Below are positions 12,489-26,054 of a stretch of 64,000 nucleotides of DNA, piece after piece. The stretch covers positions 992,001 through 1,056,000 of the forward strand of contig JAMWBK010000013.1 of NCBI GenBank assembly GCA_029953675.1. The letters run 5' to 3'. Source of the DNA: Rhodosorus marinus CCMP1338 (taxonomy: Eukaryota; Plantae; Rhodophyta). Positions within the stretch are counted from its first letter, which is position 1. Every line of letters starts with the position of its first letter. The notes beneath the pieces are model-generated. The model was not told the origin of the DNA, searched no databases, and saw only the letters and a list, made by a program, of their open reading frames with translations. The position numbers and the translations under genes are program-made.

Positions 12489-13599
12489 CTACTTTCTTGT
12501 ATCCCGTCGGTCCCATTTAGCTGGGTCTCAGTAGAAAAGCATCCCAAGCTTGTGCAACTTGAAACACAAAAGCTGAGGAGTTATGCCTTTATCGACCCTG
12601 AATAAACCGATGATAAATACCTTCTAGCTAGAGAAACGAACTCCACAAACTTGTCCATGGAAAAAAAGGATCCCCAAAGACTTGATTTTCACAAGCTAGG
12701 ACTTGCTGCCTCCGCTCCTATTTCATGACTCTCCCTCAGTCTTCCAATGCTGTTCTGAGAAGATCAATGATCCCAGTTCCTCCCGCAAGAAACTTAATCA
12801 TCTCCAATCTGGGGAATGCTCCCAAGCCCGAGTCGAGCTCAAGTAGCTCTTCTACCCATCCCCTGTGGATCCCTTGTCCTCTGTTTAACCTCCTCCGCGG
12901 ATCTGCTTCCCCATCCTGTCAACGGACCGATTTCCAATCGCCCAAGCTTCCCTCACTGTTGTCTGTGGTTCTGCCGCGCTCCTCTCAAAAAGTGCGATTC
13001 TGAAAATCAAAAATCCCCTTGTACCCTTGAAAGCATCTGCGTTTTCGCGTACCCACTAAAAACCCGCGACAGGTATTAAAATTTCATTGCCCAGCCACCA
13101 AATGCTCCAGGTACTCACTGGAATCGCCTATTGCCCACTTATATTGCAACTTATTCCCCCGCTCTCACTTAAAACCCCCTGCTTTCGCCCGTTTACAGCT
13201 TCTCGGTCGTAAACAGCGAAAAACCCGACCCACTTCTCACCCCAGGCTCTCAACCCCATATATACAGTGGTTTCTGAGCTTTTCGTAAAGCATTCAACTT
13301 AGTTCATACCGTCTTAACACCTTTTCACTTTTTGCCCTCGAATTGTGGTACTCCTCCAGGTGGGAAGTGCCGTGCCGCCACATTGTGAACAGCTCCCAGA
13401 CTCTCTTCGACTAGGATTTTTGCATCTGGCATCTGGGGTTTGCTCTATGGGTCCTCTCAGGGTCTTGTGTCAACACTCCCAGTCTTGAATAATGCGGAGC
13501 ATTTCTGTTTCTGTTGTTTTTACCTAAATTAGTGTTGTAAGTTTTCTCAAGTTGCTTGTGAGTCCTGTCGCTAAAGCACTTAATGCGAAGCGGGTGTTC

Positions 13600-16500
13600 C
13601 TAGCCCGCCTCATCTTCGCCGTCGCTCTCGGGTGTGGTTTGTAGCTTTGATATTCGTTCTCCGAGCCATTCGTATCTATCCGGAGCGAGGACTGACTCAG
13701 CAGCTTCGTAGGCGCCGCTGCGCTCCCCTCCAGTTTCGTCCAGGAAAAGGCCGCGTATCGCTTTGTCGGCCATGTACTTAATCATCGTATTCTTTTGATG
13801 TGCTGCCGCGGTTACCTGCGGGGATAGCGAGAAAGAATTGTTAGCAACTTGCGTATAGCTCTCAGGAGATAGTTGTTGGAGTTCTTTGCGGTTTTGCGAC
13901 TTACCGCGGCGACGAGCTCTGGCACAGCATCGGCTGGTGCAGAGCCACAGCGACCGGCACCTTTAAGAGCTGCCAAACGAACGTCTACGCCGGGATCCGA
14001 TAGTATTGTGTTCGATAGGCTCTCGAGCAAGGACTGCTCTCCAAATAGGCAGTACAATTCGGCTGCGGCAATCGCGTTCTTCTCCCGTACAGATGTTTCT
14101 CGGGAAGAGAAGCTCTCGTCCGCAACTCCAAGAAACACCGACTTCTCCAAATGCTCTCCGATTTTCGCGGTAAGACCGTCTACTGTAGAACATTCGCGCA
14201 ACACGCTTGACACGCAAAAAAGCCTGCCGCCAATCTGCGTAGAGCTCTCCCCTTCTGTATGAATTGCGCGATTCAGTATTTCCGCTATGTCCTCCGGCTC
14301 CGCGATCCTCTTGCAGAATTTCCCCAGCGTTGCACCGGCCGCGTTCCGTACTTCTTCCTCGCCATCCTGGACGCAGAGCAACATCGCTGCTGGCACGCTG
14401 GTGGCAGCGGAGTTCGGCAACGACTTCGTGTTCATGGACGCCAACGATAGTGCCTCAAGCGCGGAGGCCCTAGAACCCGCGCCAACTTCTGCCTTCAAGC
14501 AGACCGAAACTAGCTCGTTAAACACTGGCTCCGGCCGAGGATGGATCTTCATCAGCTCCCCGAGAGCGAGCTGTGCTCGCTTCCGTACGGTTCTGGTTGG
14601 GTCTTGAAGATTCTTCAGGAAGATGGACTGGAGCTGCGGGACAAGCATTTTCAGGGTCATCGCACACCTCTCGAGCAGTCGCAGCATTGCATGCAGTATT
14701 GCCGCTTTCACCTGCCACGGTCCCCTGTCACTTATGACGCGGATCAGCGGGCCTGTGAGTTTTATCACGAACGGGGACAAGGCTTTTTGTTCCGAAAGCT
14801 CTACCAATTCCGCAATACATAGGGCAGACTGCTCTCGAAGTTCGGGCGAGCCGTAGAGGAGTCCCTCGTTGAGAATTGGAACGAACGGAGCCGGTCCCTG
14901 CTTAATACACAACCCTTCGATCCGGTCTCCCGGCAGATTATCGGTTGCCCGATACGTTGAGTTAGCCCCTGCTTGGCGTAGAGACTGCCGTAGCTGAACT
15001 ACCTCATTTCTTAACCGGCTGGTTTGCACCACCTTGCTCAGAATGTCCAAACTTCTCCACGCTTCAACGACAGCTCCGCTATCTACATCTGCTAACTGCC
15101 TCACTGCAGCTTCCAGGATGGTTCCGGCATAGTTGCCAGCGTCTTCTCCAAGAGCCTTTACAAACAAGCCCAGCATCCTCGCACCAGCAACCCTCATCTC
15201 GACGTCATGGCTCATTGGCGAGAGGATCTCGATTAAAAGCGCCTTTGCTAGAGTCTCGCCCGATGCAGCCACTGAGCTGAAAACTGATATCACGGAATCG
15301 TCAAGCTTCTCAGGACTCTCGTGCCGAAGGTGCACAAATGTCTGAGACATAGCGACCATCACCTCCTTCAGATGTGCCTCAAATGTGCCCTCCGCCACCC
15401 TGGCTGCCGCTGCCAAAGACATCAGCCCCGTATCCGTGATGGGGATCTCTGCAATCACGTTCGTCACAACCGAAGACAGAACCTTGCCACTGCTAAACGA
15501 CAAAACCTTTTGTAAGCCATCCAGAGCGTAGTTTTCATCCCGCATGTCCTCATCACCGGACGGCTCTTGGTATTCTGCTGCTCTGAGGATAAGGTTCTGG
15601 ACAACGCCCTCTGAAGCAGTATGTCCCAGTGGCCGACTGAGATACGAGAATATCTTCGCCGATGCCGATCTAACGCTCTCAGAGTCGTCGCTCAGCGCCT
15701 CCTCGACTCCAGGTAACAAATCTGAAGTGTGCTCAACTAGCTGTAACTTCGTTGCCGTCTGAATAAGTTCAGACAATCCTTCGCATGCACCCAAACGCAT
15801 CCGCTCATTCTCACTTCGAAGGCCTTCCCTCAGCAGCGGGAGTACCTGTGGGAAGACGCGATCACCCAATTTTTGTCCCAGGTCGCCCAAAGCTCGAGCA
15901 GCTGTAGTAGTTTGTTCCTCGTCCGGACTGGAAAGCGCACTGATGATCATCTTCGCGGCCACGGGAAGTATCTCGCGCAGTACTCGAGGTGTGTTGAAGA
16001 TTACCATCTTCCACACTTGAATCGCTGTCATTCGAACCCTGGACGAGACATCGTTTCGCGCCATGTACAGAGTAGCGACAACTTCGTTCCGTCTCTCCAC
16101 TCCAAGAGCATTTGTCACTGCCGCCATAACCTCCGCTGGTGATATGCTCACCGTAACGCCGAAGTCATCATCTTCATCACTTTCTTCTCCATCTTTTTCG
16201 CTCTTGTCGCTGCCCTCCTCTTCTTCGTCTTCGGACTCCTCCACAACCATCGCAGACCCATCCACAGACGCTTTCGCGCCTGCGAGCCCCAACAGTAGAT
16301 CACCCAAGAGCTGCGTTGAACTCTGCCGGATTCTCCAAAACGTGTCCTGAATGCCGTCGCAAATCAAGGGCAACAACTGATCCAGAGAACTCTTTCCGAA
16401 TTCGGACACAATCGAGCGTCCGGCAGACAGAGCAGCATCGCGTACACTGTCAGATTCATCTGCGAGGCCTTTCAGAACAACCGGCAAAGCAAGCGACAGC

Positions 16501-19500
16501 CTCATTTCAAACCTGTCCTTCATCATACCGGGCATCGCGGCTAAAACCAATAGGGCCCCCTCCCTGGCCGCCGTGACCTCGGCCGGGCTCTTTTTCTTGC
16601 TCGAAGCGGAGATCGTGGCTTCGAGGACATTATTTACACGAACATCGCTGAGGGAACTCGCAACAGCAGCTAGTCCTAGCGCTGCGCCGGATCTCTCCGC
16701 TGTTGTTAGGGTGTACCTAACAAGACACTCCTCCAACCAGTCGAGGAGTCCTGGTAGATACTCAATTCCTATTCCAGCTGTGAGAGACCCGAGCGCGGAC
16801 GCACTGGTCTTTCGAACTTCTGGAATCGGATCCAGCAGCACGGAACGCAAATCTGGCACTAACAGGTCAAGATAGGGTAGCACATCTGACGGGTCGCTGG
16901 CGTGCGAGCACATCGATCCTACAATAGCGGCTGACTTTTTCTTGACTTCCGTACTGCGATCTCTAAGTCCTCTGTGCAATGGTGGTACCAGCAGAGCCAT
17001 TGACGCCGCGTCAATAGAATGCACGAACTCTGTTTGCAACATGGCATCGATTGCGCCCGCGGTCTTCCCGGCGGGATCTCGAAGGGCGCTCAGTAGGAAC
17101 GGACACAGGGACCGAACCTCAGGGTTGTTAGTTACAGCGGCAATTCTGGAAACGGCAGCTTCAGATGCCTCAACCACTTTCGGATGCGCATCGGTTAAAG
17201 TTCCGGCGAGCTTGGGAACAATTACTGGAAGGCTCTTCGCGAGCTGCCGCGGTGCACAGAAGGCCATCGCACCCAAAAGATCTGCACTCCCCGCTTTTGT
17301 CCTCCAGTTCTGGCTCTTTAGACCATCCATTAAAGTCGGGAGCACCAATCGAACTCCATGAGCTGAAAGAGACCCCATCAGGGCTTTCGCCGCACCCCAG
17401 CTGGCCTGTCGGATGTCGGCTGTATCGCTCATGCCTGTGAGGAGAAGGGGAAGCAGCGACACAAAGTACGGCTCGAAAACTCTTTCAAAAGCCAGTGCGA
17501 GCGTCTCAATCAAGAATAGCGCACTTTGCTTTTTATAGGCAGGTTTCTTTCCCGTCAGCGCTGCTTTGATCTCCTGTATCACTTCCATTCTCTTCATCGC
17601 CTTCAGTCCCAACCCGGCGAGAAAGCCTGCGAGCGCATACGCAGCTCCCCGTCTTGTTGCGAGATCGCCGTCACCATAGAGTTTTTCACAGACTTGCTTC
17701 TTGTGCTCCTCCTCTCGTGCCCCGAACGATCTGGACAGTGCACTAATGCACTTCGAGCATGCACGTTGCACCGATTCCGACTTCGAGTCGATAGCGGTGT
17801 TGGTTAGCAGAAGAGCAATTTCAACTCTCTTTTCACCCTGCTCCTCAGGTAAATACGTCGCCACAGTGCCCAGGCATACAACCAGGTTCTCATGGGTTCT
17901 GTCAAAATGTACGAGCACGTCCTCCTTCTCCTCTTTGCCGGGTACCCGTTGTAGCTGCGATTCGATCATAGGTAGCAGAGTCTCTGGAGCATTCGGCCCA
18001 GCGGCATCCACAACTGCGACCGCCGTTGAAGCCATCTTCCCCCGGACTTCGTCATGAACATCGCCCAAGCCACGAGCTGCTAAGAATGTGAACACAAGAA
18101 CAATATCCTTTCCAGCTAAAGCTCCATTCTTCGCAAGTTGACTCAACGCAAGCGGAACTCCTTCCCTGGTTGCGTAATTTTTATCTGTCAGCGTATCTTT
18201 CGCCTGCTTCTGTCTCCGAACAACGCGATTTGTATCCACCTCTTCCTTCTTGGGCAGATTGTCAAGATACATCTTAAAAAGCTTTGCAATCGCCTGATTC
18301 CGCTCGGCGGTTCTTTCTTGGCCGACAAGCAACTTTGCAACAGCTATGGATGCCATCACTCTCATATCCGCATATTGGCTACCAACCAAGTCAACCAGGG
18401 CGGGAATGTCTTCGGAGAGCACAAGCTGATGCCCGTAACGGTGCCAAAGCGAGTCTGCAATTTCTGTTAAGGACTCATCCACATCGCATTTTGCCAGCCA
18501 TAGAAGCCTACCCAGCAATAAATGTGTGGGTGACTCTCCTTCCTCCAGGTCGGGGAGACGGTCCAGCGACTCAAGCGTGGCTTCACGAACAGAATTTTTG
18601 CCGGAAATCAGACCCTCGAGCACCTGCTCGAGCTTGTCATCAATCGCAAGCGCAGATTCCGCCAGATTTGATAGCGCCTCAGCCGCTCTACTGAAAAGGC
18701 TGTCCTCCTGCTCCAGGACTTCTAGCAGCCATGAGCCGGCATATTGATTTGCGCATGCAGAGGCCGTGTTCACGGACTCAAGCGTCACATGTTGCTCCAA
18801 AAGCTTCAACGCAGAATCCACACTGGCGGGCTCTGCGTGTCCCGGATCAGTCAAGACGCTCTTCACTAGCGGCAACAGCATTGAAAACGATTTTGCATCT
18901 AGCAGGGGAGGTACGAGAGCACTTATGCTCGCGAACAGATTTGTCACAAGGCTCGCGCCACCTCCTACACTCAGTTCGTAGAGACATGCCGCAGTCATCA
19001 TTGCATGTGCAGCCAAACGCGGTTCGCATGTGCTCCCCATCAGAGTAAATGCTCCTCGGCAAAGATCCTCCTCGACACCAGTGCTTGCCACTTGGATTAT
19101 CGCTAGCAGAACGGAAGAGACCGTATCGTCGCCAATTGAGTCCGGTGCTGCTCGACAAAGCGCACATACTCCTTTCAGCCCAGCTTCAACGTCATTGAAC
19201 AGGGTCGCAGCATGTGTTATCAACGCATTGTTCTTCTCCCTCTCCTCCCGTCCAAGCCGCTCGGCCTCCTCCTGTGCTCTTTTTCGATCACGCTCAGCTT
19301 GTATCGCCTGCTTATCTCGAGCAGAGTCTTGCGCCTTACGGTTTTTCTTCCGCATCCCAGCACCTTGCGATGTGGTTGTCTCTTCCATAATATTCTCGGA
19401 TGAGTCGTCATACCCCTTCTCGCGGGATGCAACAAACAAATCAATAGCGTGCTTGCCGAGCCCTGATATTTCATCTGCGTGAAGGATCTTCACCAGGTAC

Positions 19501-21901
19501 GGCACAGATATTGCGCAAACTCCATCCTTATTTGCAGCTGCAACAGATTCCAGAGCAGCACAGCTCCCAATAGCTACGGATTTATCAGGATTGCACAGCC
19601 TTTCCGAGCAAAAATTTCTGCAATGTCAGTCACTGAGCTCATAAAACGTAAAAGATGCTTGCGGTCTCACCCTTGATCGGACAATATTCTGTCCAATGTT
19701 GTTCGGAGCCACTCGCTCTGGGGTGGAAGATGCTTGAGATTCCAGAAGCGACCTACTCCATCACGCAGGACTTTAGGATGATGAACAGCCAGTACGAACG
19801 ACGGAACGGATCCGGCATGAGGTCCACCTGCACAGGCGACCGCTGCTCGGCCCAGTCGTTCGGCAACCAACCCTTGCTCTTCAACCCCAGCGAGAGAACT
19901 GAATCCATGGCTACCGGCTATTTCAAACAGAAATAGGCTCTCCAGAAGCAGCGCGGAACTATCACCAGACGACGCGAGGTTCATGCACGTTGCAATACTT
20001 GCGGACCTTACTTCCTTCTTCGGAGAGACGCAGAACGAGGTGACAACATCACAGGCTGCACGTAGCGTCCGAGGTGGGACTCGCATACCCTTCTCGTTTC
20101 TGCTAATAAGCTCTTCAGAGAGCTTCAGAATGGAGAGCAGATCTTTCTCCCAAAGATCTTTGACAACTGCAGCGGAAAAATTGTAATAGATGGGCCCCTT
20201 TTCTTCGTCCATCGCCGCTTCTATGGCCGATTTCACCTCCGCTGTCTCTACATCTGCTGAGTTCTCGGCCATGATTAACAGTGCCATAAGCGAATTCGAC
20301 GCTTCAGCTCGCGTTACCTGTAGGCCAAGTCTATCAGAATAATCTCGTTATGGCTCTCTAGATGTTGATTCTAACATTTCCGCACCTTTTTGGAATTGAT
20401 CAAGGCCACCAATTCCTCTGCCAGGGCCCTGTGTCTTAGTAGTTCGGAGCCAGTGAGCCCTGCCAGACTTCTTAGCAAAGAATTGAGCTCGACGTCACTA
20501 TGCTTGCGTTGAAGTATTCTCTTCAGAATGGAGGTCGTTTCAGGCGTCAAGTCCGCGGAAATAGCCGTCACTAGCACTGCGCGATGGGCAATTTAGGAAA
20601 TCAGGTCTCTTGAATCCCTACGTGATCTCAGTTCCTGGCAGCTTACCTAAGGAGTTCACACCCGATGACCTAGCTTCTTCGTTGCTGTCCTTTCCTCCTA
20701 GCCACTTGACCAGACAATCAACTGTTGACGCTGTATACTCCGCAAAGGAACTCCGTTCTTCGCATTCGTAGAGAGTTTCAAAAACCCGCTCGAGGACTGA
20801 AGCAGCTGCAGTTCTCTCAACGGCGGAGGATGCCTTTAGGCCAATAATTGAGCATGCTGCGTCCGCTATTAATTTGCGAGCGCTAGCTGCGCCGCATCGT
20901 TTAGTCAGCTGCTCCGCAAGTGGCACCGCAACCTCGCTTGCCGGCGGTTTAGCACTTTTCATCGCCGAAGATAGACCCGGAACGAGCGGTTTCTCGGCAA
21001 ACGAGCTCAGATCGACAGATAGCCCTTGCAGCAGGTACGGGAGCGAGCCCAGCGCAGTTTGTTTCTCCCTCAACAGAGAACGGCTAACCTGCTCGATTGC
21101 GTTGAATCCCTCGGTTAAGATACTTAAGGAAGCGAAGTGCGGAGGATATGAAAATTCGTACCTGTGGGAAAAAGTTCTTCTCAAGTTCATCAATACGGAA
21201 AGAGCCTAGCAAGTATGGCGCCTCTTCTGCAAGCCGAACGCCCACATCATGTCCTCCTTTCATCGCAGCGACTGTGAGCAACTTGAGAATTCGTTCCCGC
21301 ACGACGTTATCAAGCTTGCGTGGGTTCCTTCGATGTGTACGCTTCTCGATCGCTCGAAGGAAGAATAGGAGACCAACGGGCTCTTTCTCAAGCTCTTTCA
21401 GACACTCCTCGACAAGCCAAAGTGCTAAATCTATTGTTGACGCAAAGACGCTGGCCGCAATTTTCCTCTGTGACAATCACATGCACTGTTAACACATCAT
21501 TTTCAAAACGACTTGAGGCCACGAACACAGGATGAACTTACCAGCTTCGCCGGGCTCGACTCCAAAGACTCTCCAACTTGAAGACAAGATCTGACTACAT
21601 AGTTCAAATCCAAGGCGCCCGTTCCCTTCCTAGTCTCCTCCGCGACTACCAATTTTACCGCTCTGAGATAGTTGATCCTCTCTCGTGAAGAGCTCCTCAG
21701 CACATGTACACCTGTTAGCAAATCTTGCTCATCCTCCTGGCTAAGAACAGATCGCTTCACAGAGGACTCAAGGACTGAGCGAAGCGCCGAAACCGTCTTC
21801 TGCTCATCGAAAGTGAGGCCCTCATGAAACAACCGTTTCACTAAGCGCGAATCCTCCGTCGAAACGCAGGATTTCAGAAAGACGACCTTGTCAGGACCCA
21901 T
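13600..21901 (-). CDS. GCN1: GCN1 translational activator (HEAT-repeat protein, ~2700 aa), multi-exon
   Basis: 1897-aa ORF with the hallmark WRTKAGSADLLGAMAFCAPRQL...LPVIVPKL...DAHPKV and PWQVKAAIL. Verified GT-AG introns include 13816-13904 and a ~52-nt intron near 21110-21165; upstream ORFs at 19667-21901 are further exons. The start codon is tentative. Confidence 0.93.
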
Positions 21902-23128
21902 TCTAGAGAGACCTAGAGCAGAACCTCACGTTCACACCCTCATCGACGCAGGTCTCTTCCCAGAACCTCCTCGCCACCAGTCAAACGGATCCGTCTCCCC
22001 GCTTCAAGACTCACAAGAAAAACTTAAAACAGCCGAAGTTCCCAGAGCATCCAACGGCAGAAAATTCTCGTTATGCAAAACACTGGGAAACAGAGGTTTC
22101 AAACAAGAAATTGATCTACTCTCAACACGAAAAACCAAGGTGGGTGACTCTGACGCTTCTCCCCAACTCAAAAAGCTTTGCACGGACGTCCCACAGTGGC
22201 CCACAACTCCGCCGACGTCCCCAGGCTTTTCAGGCAGACCTTATCGGTGATTGAGCTGCAAAAGAATTTGATTCTCAGCAAGCCGAAGCTAATCAATGTT
22301 GCAAGGGAAAACCCAAAGCCAGATCATTCGCACGTTGATCTTGGACAATGCTTGAGGTGACAAGTCGAACAACAGGAGGTCCGTCTTTTCTCCTTAGGAA
22401 AACGGTGAATCCACGATGTCCTTAAGACTTTGAAGACCCAAAGCCTCAGCAAAACAAGAACTGGAACGCAGAACTCGTCCTCAGAGTGACACTAAATCGT
22501 CTATATCATGCTTATCGTTGTGGAAATGGGCACAACGGATGACTGAGGTTTCACTCCCCGCCCCCGACGACGCCTCGATCGAATGCCTACATCATTCACG
22601 GCCATTCAGCAAGATGGAAGATTGCTTCCGAACATCAAGTTACTAGAAGAGGTTTTGAGGATAACTGGGATCAGGTCTCTCTTTCCGCTCCCAGTCTAAG
22701 TCGGGAGCGTCTGACGCTTCCACAACCCCACGTCGAAAACCTTAGCACGAGAGGGCTTACAACCGAAGCAGCAGTACCTTTGTAAAAGAGTCGACAAAAA
22801 AACTGAAACGAGCAAACTTGAAAATTATGCCATGCTACGCGGATGGACCTCCAAACCCAAGGCGGCGTTGAACGCACAGCATAAGACGCAACGAAGAGGG
22901 GAAACACGAGTTTAGCTCATTTTGGTCTCGAAAGCAGACCCAAAGCCAAGCCGCGCCAGAGTTTTCGATGCTCCAACGTGAAAGGTCAATGACAAGTGGA
23001 ACAAACCACGGCTGATTGCGGAGTGGCCACATTCGTGAAGGCCGACTGGTACAAGATCTCTTTGTGAGGACGCATGGTTCGAGCTGCTGCAAGCTGCATC
23101 ATGCTCCCGAGTCGAAGACAAGAAGTTA

Positions 23129-23536
23129 CCGCCGTACCACATACGTTGATCTTGCTGTTCCTAACCCTCAAGCTAGTCGTTATCTCCCAGCTGCGGGGGA
23201 GCGCCGTGGATCTGCCGCCGCCAGCATGAGACGCCGCAAAGAGATCAAATACGCGGGGGCTTTGTCTTCCCCAGGTGTTCGTGCTTCGGCACTAGCACAT
23301 CGCTTGGTACCCCTGATCATTGAGTGCTTTGGGTTCATGGACTCTGTTGGTTCTCGCTGGCTTCGGGAGTTGTTCCGCGAACGCCCTGACCGTCTTCAAT
23401 CGTTGTTTACCCGCTTAAGTTTCCTGCTGTGGCGCATGAATGCCGCTTTGATGTTGGAGGCGCGAGTACTTCGCCGCGTTTAGTCTTTTTTTCCCCTCGG
23501 GGTTTTTTTTTCAGCCTCCGATTAAACCATTCGTTC
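23129..23536 (+). mobile_element. 5'-truncated copy (last ~410 bp) of the CRE-like non-LTR retrotransposon
   Basis: Matches 41727-42135; encodes YVDLAVPNPQASRY...KEIKY...ECFGFMDS and ends ATTAAACCATTCGTTC. Confidence 0.93.
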
Positions 23537-24830
23537 TAAGGACTTTGGGGTTGGGTGGGTTGGCCGTTGGGGGCTATCCGAGGATCCAACCTGCGGCTGT
23601 GGTCAGTTCGTGGGCAAACGCTTTGACTACGTGGGCCCAGGCGGTTGAAGTCTGTCCGCTGGGTTAAAGCGAGTTCTTCGTGAAGGGCGCCTATCCGAGG
23701 CTCTCTCCTCGCAGCTGAGTACCTTTTTGAGGAGCTGACGACAGTCATGCGGCAGTGTACGTTGCTTGGCAGCGGGATCCAACCGCAGTAGAGCTCCTGG
23801 GAGTGGGGTTTCACGTCCTTTGGGAGCCCGGCTATCTCAGGCTCTCCGGCTGCGGCGAATTTTGGACAAGGTCGAGATAGTTTCTGAGAAGAGCGTCCGT
23901 GTTGCTAAAATCGACACTACTGTCGACACTGCAGACTCCGCTGGCGGCCTGTGGACAAGGTCGAGATAGTTTCTGAGAAGAGCGTCCGTGTTGCTAAAAT
24001 CGACACTACTGTCGACACTGCAGACTCCGCTGGCGGCCTGTGGACAAGGTCGAGATAGTTTCTGAGAAGAGCGTCCGTGTCGCTAAAATCGACACTACTG
24101 TCGACACTGCAGACGACGAGGCTGTACCTGAGAGGCCGCCAGCGGAGTCTTCTTCGTCGGGACTCGCATGCCAGCGTCCGAGGTCGATCTTCCTCTTCGC
24201 CCGCTACCTTGGCCCGGTTCCAGAGTTTGGGCAGCAGTCTGAGCTCCAAGTTCTTCACGGTGATTCCTGCCTACCCTTGACTAGCCTTAACAGATTTTTC
24301 GATCTGCGTGTGATACTGCGTTCATATCTGGGTCTCCCCCAGCCGCTTGGCCTCTCGAGCGGAATGCCCCGTCTCTCCTCTCTGGTTGCATTGTGGAATC
24401 CCGCGCCTTTGGTGCCCGCCTGTTGGCGTCCTCTCCGGTGGTTCCAAGGCGCCGGTGTGCGTCGTCATACGCGTATAAACTGGTTTTTATTCGGATATCT
24501 ACGATTGCAGGTTCTTGGTACGGATCACGAGGTGGAGGTCCATTCGCCTGCAGCTCATTCGCTTGATGCTGATGATGAGATACCTGTTGTCCAGCGTGTG
24601 AAGGATTTGGTGGTCACTGAGCTGGCTTCTAGCAGGATTGAGTTTATTGACTTGCCCATTCCTTGTCTCCAGGATGCGCGATATCTTCCCACGTCGTCAC
24701 AACGTCGTGGTGCAGCCGCTGGTTCAATTCGACGACTGAAGGAGTCCCAGTACGCTAAGCGACGACTCATCCAACCTTTCGGGACTCGGCGTTGTCTCAT
24801 CGGCTTGCACCGTTGATCATCAAGTTTAGA
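23537..24830 (+). mobile_element. Older degenerate CRE-like ORF2 relic (thumb, zinc-knuckle region, RLE)
   Basis: LGLGGLAV..IQPAAVVSSW, DLRVILRSYLGLPQP, VRRHTRI and RVKDLVVT...FIDLPIP...RRGAAAGSIRRLKESQY align by eye with ORF2 of the young element. Confidence 0.8.
23863..24114. repeat. 89-bp tandem repeat, ~2.8 copies (also at 42462-42713)
   Basis: The unit starts tggacaaggtcgagatag at 23863, 23952 and 24041. Confidence 0.95.
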
Positions 24831-26054
24831 CAGTGTTGCTTCTCGCTGGCATAGTCGCGTTTTCCCTAGGTGACGTTCGTAGGAGCCTCCTCGTATCACA
24901 TCCTTGTGGCGGAGCATATGCGTGCAGCCGCATCCCACTCTCGAGTTGAAGAGGACAAACAACCCGAGGCAATTTGGGCAGCGACCGAGTCTACCAAGGC
25001 GTATGCGGAGTAGAAGCACTAGGTCACTTGAACTTCCGTTGGTGGAGATGAGTTGCCCGGGACGATTACCTTTCTGAATAAAGAAGCGTTGAAGGATGAG
25101 CATGGGGAGTTAATTAGCTCAGAGGACGGTACCGAAGCGATGCTTGCCTCGGATGAGATTGTGGAGTTCTCCCTGCAGACTGCAGAAGAAAATGCAGGGA
25201 CACAAGGATGGTCAGCAGAGCATTTCCGCAGCCACTCCAATCCCGACTTCTCCAGGAGGCCAAAGGCCTCTACGAGGAAAGCTGAAAATTTTTCATGGTG
25301 GATGCTCTCCGTGACTTTTTAAGTTTAGGGCTCCTTTCCGAGGTCCGGACAGAGGATCCAGCTCGACTCAACCATCAGGGCCTTGCCATTTGGGAAAGTT
25401 TCGGTTGTGCAGGTGTGAAGCAACAAGCTCTATCCAAAATCAACAGTTCCCTCCTTCAAATCACATATTTATACGGATCGCCAGAAGGTGTCAGCACAAC
25501 ACAACTGATCTGCGTATATCGTATGCTCCCCTGAAGCTGCACGTAAACTGTATCTCTGTTGAAAAGGGTCTCGTACAGGTCCTAATCTGAGACACCTAGT
25601 GGTCAACTGAAGGAAGAGGCTGGAAACCAATCAAGACCTACATGTTGACTGGACTTGGAAGGCGGGGGTTTCTGCGACGGTCGGGTCTAATGTTACCAAC
25701 ACAGGGCAACGTAGTCGCTACCAGTAATCCGTAGTTGTCAGCTAACGAAAAGACTGAGGATCCAGTTGGTGGGATGAGGGTTTTCGTCCGCTTGCGTCTG
25801 CATGAACCTTTTCCCGAAGTCAACAAATCTCGAAGACTGGAGCGCATAGATAGTGATCCTCGTGGGAATCAAGGACGAGCGAGAGGATGGGAAGGATCAT
25901 GAATACTCATCTACCTCGCCATTCCCAACAGACGCAATTTTCTAAATTCTGCTTCTGATGGAATCCGCAATCTGGTATCTGCTCCATCGCGGCCAGCCCC
26001 TGTCATTCTTTCGAGCGCGCGTTAGAACTTCAGACAAACAACAACCCCTTGATT

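Noticed and set aside
13873-19676. Numerous plus-strand ORFs opposite GCN1
   Set aside because: They are antisense shadows of a long GC-rich CDS with no recognisable motifs.
19505-21901. Split ORFs of GCN1 and the P5A ATPase as pseudogenes
   Set aside because: The breaks I checked in GCN1 are explained by GT-AG introns with branch-like CTRAC/CTTAAC signals that restore the frame; the ATPase breaks show the same short-intron pattern.
23110-23140. Target-site duplication around the 23129-52777 block or the CRE stubs
   Set aside because: The left and right flanks do not match, so a simple retrotransposon 3'-transduction is not supported. Homology also extends beyond the second CRE 3' end.
23863-24114. 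89-bp and 27-bp repeats as a possible CRISPR array
   Set aside because: The units are contiguous with no unique spacers, there are no cas genes, and the context is eukaryotic.
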